In this document: positions 12,411 to 23,900 of the stretch, piece by piece
How the letters are laid out: the number at the start of each line of letters is the position of its first letter
How positions within the stretch are numbered: the first letter of the stretch is position 1
Assembly: GCF_016433145.1 (NCBI RefSeq)
Contig: NC_058131.1
Coordinates: 405,326,875-405,390,874 of the forward strand
From: Gracilinanus agilis
Taxonomy: Eukaryota
Reading direction: 5' to 3'
Length of the DNA: 64,000 bases
The notes under the pieces: model-generated
Databases searched by the model: none
Seen by the model: only the letters and a program-made list of their open reading frames with translations
Told to the model about the DNA's origin: nothing
Made by a program: the position numbers and the translations under genes

Positions 12411-14783
12411 TGTTTGCCCAGGCTCGATCCTTGCTTTGGAACTGAAAGAGGTCTCTAAGATTCCCTGATCCAAGTCCTCGTTTTACCGGAGACCTCAGTG
12501 TCCCCATCTGTAAAATGGGAACGATACTCGGCCCCTTCTCCCCCTCCCCCCCACCGCATTACGTAAAGCGCTGTCTATTTAGGTACGGAGCTGCTTTTGT
12601 CGATATCTAGTCTCACATTTTGACTTTTGACTCATTGGTTTATGCGTTATCTTCATTTACGAATATATTCCCCTCTTCCCCGGGAGCCATCCTCTTAACA
12701 AACGTAACACACCCAAATTCCTGATAATATATACATAAATTCATCATATGTTTTGATAGTATGCACAGTATTCTTCCCTCTTGTTTCCTCACCTCTGTAA
12801 GAGGAGTTGCATTTTCTCAATCTTTCAGTAGGACCAAGCTTGGTCATTATTAATTTTCTATTTTTATTTCTTTAAGTTTTTATTGTTATAGTCATTGTGG
12901 GTATATTGTTTTCCTGGTTCTTATTTCATTCTACATCGATTCACATAAATCTGCTCATGCTTCTCTGAATTCTTCATAATTCATTTTTTCTTATGGTGCA
13001 GTAATATATTCATGTACTTCTTTTGGTTTAGCCAGGCCTGCATCAGTCCAGGCCTCTCATTTTACAGTTGGAAACCTTTTATGGCCTCATCTATTAAATA
13101 GAGATCACATGCCCATCCCATAACTGTTTTTAGGATTAAATGCATGCAAACAAATACATGTAATTCATGTACGAAAGTACTACTTAAATTAACTTCTAAG
13201 AAGCAGTGGGAAAGAGATTTTCCCAAGGAAAGTTGGTGGTTTTCTTGGCCAGTAGCAGCTTATAGAGCTAAATAATAAAAGAACATAGCATCTCAGCAAA
13301 GAAGGTATAGAAGAATAAATGCCAACTGTAAAACTTTTTATTATGTAATTTTGATAAATTTGTTCAGAAAACCTAATGGATGTTACTTCACACCATCCAC
13401 TTTTTTCCCAACCTTTCAAAATAAGTAGCTGTGTTTGTTGTTGCAATGTGTAATCATTGTATTTGTTTTATGTAGCCATTTGTCTTTAGTAGTAAAAATG
13501 GTAACTTTCTTCCTTACATATAGAAAGTGAAGGTAGAAACACAAGTCAGGGAGGGAGAAGCAGTTCAACATAACTAATGTATCAGCCAAGCCTGACAACA
13601 TATGTATTCAATATTCTTATGCCCACAGTTCCCCATTATGGTATGAGCAACACCTGTTTTTATGTAAACTGAGCTAATTTCCTATTAAGGAGGTAGTGAA
13701 GTGGATCTGGAGATTATCACTAATTGGCTTCTTTGCCACCTGAGGCCCAGCCAATGGGAAACTGGTGTGGGAAGTTTTAGTGGCATTCCTATTCTTCAGG
13801 GCCTAAACTTTCCCCTTTGTGGCAGGCTGTGAGATGAAGGGGATTATTAGTCTTTAATCTGACTTACTATCTTTTTTTAAACCTTAAGAATGGTACTTTT
13901 TAAACTTTTGTCATTGGTCATTTTTAATGAATTTTATATTGCAATAGTGTTTTCTAACCCTAACTCTGAATCACTAGGCTGGCCCAGAATATCAACCTCT
14001 TCTAAGGAAGGAGAGAGGTGTATTTTTTCTCATCTTTTGACCAAACTTGATTATTATAATTACACAATCTTCAGTTTCCCAACAAGTTCATTTTACAGAG
14101 GGAAATGTGAAGCTCATTGAAGAGATATGACATACCCAAGGTCACAAGGATAGTAAATAGCAGGTAGTAAATAGTAGGTCCTTTGATTCCAAATTCAAAT
14201 GCTTTTTATACTATACTATGCTGATATCCTCACATGATATCCAGGCTGATTTTTTTGGAGTGGACCCTAGAGAGAAGAAAGTTTAGTCTCTTTGGGCAGC
14301 AGAGAATTTACTTTTGTTCTAGGCTCTTTCTAGTCGCTCCCATTCTGTAACAATTTACAGTTTACAGAGTCTCTTTCTTCACAAGACTCTTGTGAAATTA
14401 ATAAGGCAGGCATTATTATTTTCATTTTACCAATATGGAAACTGAGCTTCAGAGAAGGGAAGGGACTTGACCAGAAATCCCACAAATAGAGAGTGACCGT
14501 TATCTCTGACAAAAACTTAGGTATTCCAAAATTAAATCCAAAGATCTTTCCACTCCACCGGCATGCTATCTATTCCTTTTGGTAACTGGGGACTATCATT
14601 CTACTTTTCTTTTTGATTCCACTTTTAATCCTACTGGTTACTATTTTCTAAATTGGTAATTTGAGTGAAGAGAAAAATGAAAGAAGGGGGTTATGACTCG
14701 TGATACAGACATCAAGTTGAAATATGTTTTCACTTTGATTTTCAGGGACTCATTCTTTCCCAGGATAAGAGTCTTTTGAGGCC

Positions 14784-14944
14784 ATGTCTGGGACTCCATT
14801 CAGATCCTGCTTCAGGTTGAGCTGCAGAGAGAAGTTGAACTTGCTTCTAGAGAAAGATGCTTCCTTTTCATATTATTCAGAACTTCCCAAGACCCCATCT
14901 AGCAAGTTCCTTGCAGATCCTGAAAACCTCAGTCCTTTGACAGG
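14784..14944 (+). CDS. CDC25C: CDC25C exon 2 coding part
   Basis: GCCATG with an in-frame upstream TAA; acceptor at 14745; MSGTPFRS...KLNLLLEKD...PKTP...; donor GTAAAT. Confidence 0.9.
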
Positions 14945-17900
14945 GTAAATCCATTTTTACCACTGCCCTTCACTGTTTCTTATATTTGTTCACTGGTCCA
15001 GATAGGTTATATTTGGAGTCTCCCCTGTATTCAACCAGGTGCCAACTTCTGTTGATCCTATCTGTGCAGCAACTCTTTGTTTGCTCCTTTCTTTCCAAGC
15101 AAACCAGCTCAATTCTAGTTCAGAATCTCATTGCTTCTGCCGTGGATTATTGAAACATTCAAATTAAATCAACAAACATTTAGTATGTTCTTGTAGTGGC
15201 ATGCACTGTATTAATCGATGGAGATACAAAGAAAAGTGAAAATTATCTCTACTGTCTAGGAGCTCACAGACTAATGGGGAGACAACATACAACAACTATC
15301 TATGAACAAGATATATGGCGGGGAAATTGTTGATAATTTCAGAGAGAAGCCCAGAGACAGATGAAGGGGACTAGAATCCTAGGCATTAGAGATGCATCAT
15401 TGAAAATGCATGGAGTGTCATGTGGGAGAAATGGCAAGGAGACCACTATCACTGTACAAAGTACATGGAGTGGAGTAAAGTATAATAAGACTGGAAAGGC
15501 AAGAAGGGGCTAGGTTAAAAATGACTTTAAAAGCCAAATAGGCAGTTTTATATTTGATTCTGAATGGAATATAAACTACGTTTTTTGCAAGTTTCCAGTT
15601 TGCCCCTGCTCCCTGAAAACTCACCCCAAGGTAAGTTCCAGACTCACCAGTTTCAGACTATAGACCTTGGTTAGACCCCAGTTTGGGTGGGACTATGAAT
15701 ATAGTCAAATGTTAAGTACTGTTTTTTTGTCTTAGTAGCTTCTCCCATTGTATCAAAGTCCTCTCCCCTGAAGCCCAGCTTTTGGTTTGACCCTTTCCTT
15801 TTATATTCATTGTAGTAGACTACTTCCTGATACCCTAGTTGCTGGCTTCCACCTCTTTCCCAAGCCTGCTAGCAACCTGTCAATGTATATTTCCTGTACC
15901 AAGTTCCCCAAAAGTAAGATTCCCAAATTCTATTATTCTTTGGAAAATCATCTAGTGGGGTGATCGTCCCAAAGATACTGTCCCCAGAGCCCCAGGGTTC
16001 TGACTCTGTAGTATCTTGGCCCCTGGCTCTGTGATAGCGGCTGATTATTAGACCTATCTCCTGATTAAAGATGTATCAACATGGAATCTACAAGCCCCAA
16101 ATTTGTAGCCTAGTAAGATCTGATGAATACCCAGTTAGGTGGGGCTAAACAAAAGCTGAGTACCTCTTTTTGCCTCCAGAAGCTTCTCCCACTGTACCAC
16201 AGCCGCCTTCCAGGATTGAAATCAGGACCTTCCGCTTATGAGGCTGAAGTGTTGCCTATTGCACAAGAAGACACTCACTCAACTTTTGCTTAGCCCCACC
16301 TAACTGGGATTGTCATTTATCTTTGGGTCCATTATTCAGTCTGAAACTGCTAGCCTGAGATTCCCTTCAGGGTGGATTCTCTTGGGAACAGGAAACCAGT
16401 ACAAGCTTTGTAGTCACCAGCTTATCAGCTAGTCCTAAAACTTGGGGTTTATCAGATCTTACTTGGCTACAAGTTTGGGGATTCTAGATTCCATGTTGAC
16501 AAAGACTTGGTTTTTGCTGACTACTTTAGTAGTTCTGTGTTATTTCCAAGTTAACAGGAATAAGGAGTCATTATAGCCTACTGAATAAGAGGATGACATG
16601 GTCAGACCTGTACCTTAGACACTGACAACTGAGTGGAAGATGGACGGGAATGGGGAGAGATTTGACATTAGGAAGTGTAATGGATAAAAAGGGATTTTTA
16701 TTGGTAATGATTAAAAGGTTTAGTCGACAGAGGATTGAACAATTATCGATCCCCAATTAAAGAATAACCTCAAGTTAAAATGCCTTTTATGGAAAATTTA
16801 TTTACAAATGAGAAGAAGAAATAATAAGAAGAGAGGATAAGATAGGATAAGTAATCTAACACAGTAGGTAATTTGCTCCTATTCCCTAGTTTAATCCAGG
16901 TAGATCTAATTAACCCTCAGCAGAGGGAAATCTGGCCTTGATCCCAAGACCAGAAACTCAGAGGCCTGGAGGAGAATGAAGCAAAAGCTTCAGTCACAGA
17001 GTCTCTTTGAAAGGGAAGTTCCTTAAGAGAAGTTCAGGAAGATTCAGTCTTTACACTCACCATGTTGAATTCCAAAGGAAAGATTTAAGAACAGTCTCAC
17101 CAGCTTCAGAGCTCCTTCAAGTCCCATTCACAAACCAGAAGAGAGGGCCCAGCTCACTGAGGGCTCTTTTTAAAGGGGCCTCTTTTATGTCACTTCCTGT
17201 GGCCTCCTCTTAGTCTATGTGTCCAATCACAACAGACGCTTTTCTAAGGACTGCCCAGAAGGCAGTCAGTAAATTCTGATTTGTTACTCTAGTACACATT
17301 GGTTACAGACCACCCAACTTGTGAGTTAAATGGAAATATTTTCACCTTTGGTGATTAAATCTAAAGATGGGCAGGGTAGATTTAATCTAATTATCACGGA
17401 AGACCAATCAGAAAGCTATGGCAACAGTCTAGGTGTGAGGTGATGGAGGCTATGAAAAGGAAGATTATAGCTATCTGGAATGGACAAATCAAGTGTAATA
17501 GTACCCTAATTCATTATAGTCCATCACTCCATTCCATTCTCTTCATATCTGCTAGACTGGGATTCCTAAAATATAGATCTGATCTTGTCATTCCTCTTTT
17601 CAAAAATCTCCAACCCTATATCTTCTAAGATAAAATATAAAATCCTCAACTTTGCAACTAAGGCCTTCTATAATAGAGAAATTTTCCAATCTTATTTAAT
17701 TTCACTTCCCTTTTTGCCCCCCTCTTTCCATTTCAGTCAAAGCTGGGCATTTTTCATTTACAACATTACACATCCTACCTCCTTGCAGAGATCTTCCTTC
17801 TCTGGAATGCTTTCCCTTTCCATTCCTTTTTGGAATCCCTAAATTTCTTTAAGATTGAGCTTAGGTACCACTTCCCGCCTTTTCTGATCTCAGTGGTTAA

Positions 17901-20900
17901 TGTTCTCTCCATCTTGGAATTATTTTTACATATATTTTATTTACTTATCCTTGTATATGTTGTATCTCCTTGATAGAATGTAAGCTTCTTGAGGAACTTT
18001 TTCACTTTTTTTTTTTTTTTTTTTACTTTGTATCCTCAGTGTTTAACCTAATGCTTTGTACACAGCAGAAGGCTAATGTTTGTTGAATTGAATCCTGGTG
18101 CACCATGATGATGAGGAGTTTTAATTAAGTAGTAGGTACTAACTATTCTAATAGTTGAGAAGAGAGTTTTTCTTAATCTCATCATTCAATTCAGTTTTTC
18201 TGTTCCTAGTCAGGTAATTCTGTGAAATGTGGAGAGCTGGGAATGTATGATCTGATTTTGGACACTTAGCTTTTTTTAATCTTATCTCTCCCTCTACTCC
18301 CCATTGAGCAAACTAAAAACAAAATATGTGTATTTTCTATGTCCAAAATTATCTCTCTTTCTCTCTGCATTTTAAGTTAATCACTTCTCTGTCAGGAGGT
18401 AAGTGGCATATTTCATTTTCATTGCATTGATCAGAGTTCTAACATCATTTAAAATTTTTGCCTATAATGTTATCAACATATAAATTGTTCTAGTTCTGCT
18501 CACTTTGCTCAGCATTTATTCATAGTGTTTCTCATGGCACAATAATATTCTGTTATATTTACATCCTAGAATTCGGTTTAGTGATTCCTCACTATAGGAC
18601 AGCCCCTTAGTTTCATTTTTGATTTTAAATATTTTTATATAAATAAATCCTCTTCTTTCTTTGATTTTACCAAAACTGATTCTCATATAGCATCTGTCCA
18701 TCCACTGTACACAAAAGTACTTTGGACTAGGGAGTGTTACAAATTAAGACATTGATACAGGCCCTGCCTGTGAGGAGCTTTTATTCTAACAAGGATTTTG
18801 ATGTTTTCTTATGACTTTAGAGCAACCCCAAAGCGTTGCCTTGACTTATCAAATATTAGCATTGAGGAGACAGCTGCCACCCAACCTACCACATCACCAG
18901 ACCCTGATGAAACTGGTAAGAAAAAGAGAGACAAAAAGTCTTCTATGGGAAGGATAGTTTAATTATCTCTAAAGATAGAAGAGGAAAACTAAGATGGAAA
19001 AGGTTGGTAAAGAACCTTGAAGAAGAATTAGAAATTTTATGCCAGGGTAATTAGGGAGACCCTCTGAAATATTATGAAATGATCAATGCAGTGTGTAGGA
19101 AAGCAATACAGTGTCAGTTAATTAGTACTGGGTGGTTTTAACTCAAGAGAAAGAATCCTGATTTGTTGATTGGAAGCAAGTAATCAAGGTGAAATTTGGT
19201 TTTATGTTTTAGTTTCTGAAGGACCAAGGAGATCAACAGCAAAGAGACCTTTTTTTCCTCTTTTTTTCCCCTCTAAAACCTGGTGTTTGTGGAAGCCCTT
19301 TGTCCTTTAGACCGAAGTTGATTTTCTTCAGCATTCTTCTCAGTATTTGATCTAGAATTAGATTTTTAGAATTCTATAGCTTCCTTTTCTTCCCATAGAA
19401 AATAGCTATGGGTTCTTATAAGAATTTTTCATTTGATGATACACTTAGAAATTTCCATGTTTACCGTGGAACACCAAATTGGGAGAAGAAATGTATTTCA
19501 TACCTAATGATGAATATTGGTCATTCATTAAGTTTTTGTCAAATGCCTACTAGGTGCTGGGGAAATTGGTATATAAAGGAAATTCCATACTGTTAAGGAG
19601 CTCACCATTTTGTGTTGTGAGTAGGGCTTTGTTTAAGGAGGGTGGGGAACTCAGTCTTTGAAAAGAGGGTATACTGATTAAGATGGTGAGACCTGTATAT
19701 ATAGAACCTAGCAAAAGTGATCATTTGACTATTTTCAATTAGTATGCCTCTGAACAGTTACAGGCTACTTGTATTTGGCTTATTTTTAATTTAGTCTCCA
19801 TTCAAGAGGTGAATTATTGGTGATATAGATTAATAATGAGAGAGGAGTAACACATAGGCAAAGAAAGGAGGAACTGAAGTTTGGGTTATGAAGAAAATTA
19901 GCTTGCTGTAATATGCAACTGATATCTTTGTGATATACTGATTTATCCTAATACTGTAGTTAGAAAGCACCAAATCAGGAGATTTTTTCATCCTGTTGTT
20001 GGCTTGTCTTATCTGCTTACAGGTAGCTTGGATTCCTCAGGACTAAAGGAAGTTCAGTTAGCTGGAATGTAAGTTACTAGTTCTGGGACTTATTAAATAC
20101 CTCCACCTTCAAGCTTTTCTGTCACTTCAAGTTATAGATGAAACAACTAGGAGGATCTTCTTTCTTTTTTCTTTTTTGTGTTGGTTCCAAGGCAGAAGAG
20201 TAGTAAGGACTAGGCAGTGGGGGTTAAGTGACTTGCCCAAGGTCATACAGCCAGGAAGTGCCTGAGGCCAGATTTTAACCTAGGACCTCCCATCTTTAGG
20301 CCTGGCTCTCAATCCACTGAGCTATCCAGCTGCCTCCTAAGATCTTTTCTTTTGCAGGTGCTTTGTAAAATGAAGAAATGTTCGCTTTAGATTGCAGGTG
20401 GCCTTTATGGCCTAAATCCTTCTCTCTTTTCAAGTTTTCCCACTCCTGACACATGTCTATTAGCATAGGACATAATTAAAATGTTACTGTCAAAAGGAAT
20501 GCTATAAAATGAAAGATATGTGCAGTGCCTATTTGCAGTGTGGAAAAGACTGCAGATCGTTTAATAAATAGATACAAATAGCCATTGGGGTCATAATATC
20601 TTTATGAGAGACAGTGTTATACTCTTATTTGCATGTGAATATCTGTTATAAATTTTAATATCAAATCAGTTTCCTTCTTCTTGCTACCCAGCACACTATA
20701 GGTGACCTCCCTTTACTATAGCATGTGTACATTCAACAAATTTGAAGTAATTACACTGAAAAGGCATGGGAGTTGAATTCAGAAGGACCTGAGTTTAGAA
20801 TCTGTTTGCTGTTTGCTATTTATTCTCTGTATAACTGTGAACAATTTATACAACTTGTCTGAACCTTGTTTTTTTCTCAATTGCAAAATTGGGGGGTGGT

Positions 20901-23900
20901 GGTTTATACAACTTGTCTGAACCTTGTTTTTTTCTCAATTGCAAAATTGGGGGGGGGGGTTGGACCAAATTCTTCCTCTTTTTTTCTCCTTAAACTTTTA
21001 TCTGATACTGTATATTGGTTCCAAGATAGAAGAGAGTGGTAAGGGCTAGACAAATGGGATTAGGTAACTTGACCAGGGTCACATAGCTAGGAAGTATCTG
21101 AAGTCAGATTTGAACCAAAGACCTCCTGTCTCTAGGCCTACCTCTAAATCCACTGAGCCACCTAGCTGCTCCCCAAACCAGTTTATTTCTAAGGTCTCTT
21201 ACCGCTTTTGGTCCTATGACCCTCTAAATTTCATCTGGATGTTCCTCAAATAGGTAGTAGGCAAAAACACCAATATGTTCAGATCCCTTCAGAGCTTGAC
21301 ACTTAATCTTTTAAGTGAATTGTATACTCTCTTTCAGCACACTGAGTTTTTTTCAGCATATATGAAAATTTTGGTTTTTCTCTCATTTGTTTTCCATATC
21401 CAACCCATGTAGCATAGACAAGTTTGGCTTAAAATGTAAAAAATTCAGGCAAAGAGCAAGTATAAGATTGTAATAAATGGTAATAGTAGGGAGACAAGAA
21501 AGTCAATATTTGAACATTTAGGAATAGCCAAATTCTATTTGCATAAGATGAGTACATAAGAGATAACATGACATAGCAGGTAAAGTTGGTCAGGAGGACC
21601 TAGATTCAAGATCAACTTCTGGCATAGAATGCACGTGTGACCTCGAGCAAGTCACTGAACCTAATCCTGACCCAGAGAACTCCTTAAGGTTATAAACTGG
21701 TGAGCAATTTGTGATCTGAATTGGTAGAATGTTTCCTCACTGAGCATTTCCTATACCAATGAAACCACAGGTCTGTCTGGTTAAAAAAGAAAAAAAGATG
21801 AGTTCAGACTGATTTATCATTGAGACTTCTATGCATATTAGTTCCACAAATGAAATGAGGAGGGAAAAGAATACTTGAGGATAGTATCTAAAAACAGTAC
21901 TAAGATATTACCTATAATATTGCCATGTCAAGTGATGATCAAAGAAGTTAATAGATAAGGTCCAGAGTACCTATGATAGAAGGGGAAAGGAAGCATTTTG
22001 GAATTTACCAAATGATAAAAGAAGAGAAGATTTGTTTGGAAGGATTCATTGATGTCTAGTTTGTTCTTTGCAGAGGTTACCATCAGCATGTTAAGAAATG
22101 CATCCCTGTGAGTAATGGCTTTTTATAATGTTTGGCTTTTGTTTCTCATCTGTGGGCTGGGAACTCGAACAAGTTAATGGCTCTAGGATGCTGAACGTGG
22201 GTGAGCATCCTTAGAAAGCTGCCCTTTGGATCTCTTCCAGGAACAGTTGCTGTGTAGCACTCCCAGCTCTCTATATTCCATCTGCCAAAAGACAGATGCA
22301 ACAGGTAGCGCTTCTTCAGACAAAGAAAATGTAAGTGTTCTACTTGTATGGGGTCAGGCCTATACAAACTCACAAACTGGATGGTTTGGGTTTTTTTTCT
22401 CAATCTGCTTTTTCCAAGCATTTTTGGGAAGGAGAGAACCACTAATCACTTTCCCTTCAGTGAAAAAACCCATTCATATCCAGGTAAATATGTTGCTACT
22501 CAAGTCAGTGAATGGAGAGGTGCCTGGCTAAGTATACCATCCCTGTTCTCCATATCAATTGGAGATGGACCTTCTGTGATGATACTACCAAATAGAGAGT
22601 ACTCTTTGCTACTAATCTTTTCTGCTTTCAGCTGAGAAAGCATAAGGAATGTTCCTTGTGTCCTGCCTCTTGACACATACTGGCTATGTGCCTCTGAGCA
22701 AGCCACTTAATAGTGCTCAAGACAACTCTTTAATATGATACAATACAATAAACATTAATTAGGCAACTACAGTGCTAGATGCTGTGCTAAGCTGTGGTTA
22801 TACGGTAAGAAAAAGAAAGATAATCTAGGCCAGTGATGGAGAACCTTTTAGAGACAGAGTGCCCAAACTAACCCTCATACTGCTTGTGAACCATTCCCCC
22901 TCCTCCCCTCCTTACTCCAGACAGGGGAGGAAGGGAGCACTCCTATTGGGCTACTAGGCAGAGGGGTGGATCATGTGAGAAATGTCCTCAGGTGTATATG
23001 GAGAGGGGGAAGGGAGCAGCCCTCTCCTGCTGGTTTGTCTGGGCCTTCAAGGAACTTACATTTGAATGGAGAAAGACAGTGGAGAAAAGGAAGCTGGGAA
23101 GGGTAGAAGAGGAGAGGGAGAAGGTACCCAGGGTGGAAGCATGATGGTAGAGTTGGATCCAAGTGGAAAATGAGTTGGCTGGGCTTCTGAGCCCTCTTAA
23201 AATGGACCTGTGTTGGTAGAGTGGATTTTCTCATCTTCAAATTCCTTATGTCAATAAAATCACATGGCCAGTCCCTATTCTGTCTTTTCTTTAGTTTTTA
23301 AATTTACACTTGGAGCCTCTCCCTCTGCACATGGTGCTGCAGGTCTCCAATCAGTTGTATGGAGTATAAACCATACTGGAGGGTGAGAAATTGGGGAGCT
23401 TGGTCTAAGTGAAAGTGACACAAACACTGCAAAAAAGCAAGTTAACAGTCCTCTTTGGCTTAGTCACAGACACTGTGATGTGGCTTAATAAGGAAATCTG
23501 GCTTTTTCATTTCAAACTTGTTCTGGTGAAGCTATGTCTTCTCTACCAGGACCCCAAGCACCAATATTTATTCTGCTATTTTCAAGCTATCTGAACATTG
23601 AGCTAGTTGTCTGCTCCCCAGAATGTTTTAACTAGCACCTCTTTAAACCATTTCCCTGGGTCTACTTGCCCAAGGCAGTGTCTTTGACCTCAAACTTTCT
23701 CAACCTTTTCTTTATTCCTAGCTCCCTTTTGATACCTCTTTTCAAGCAGGTTCTTTGTTTCACCATCTCCTTGCTCCTTACCAGCCACCCTTCCTTTCTA
23801 TAGCCTTTTTTAGCCTATATGCATGTCATTCTGTCGTTATAAAATTAGCAGCCAAAATATATTCATGTAGCATAATATGATATAACTTTTGTCTAAAGAA

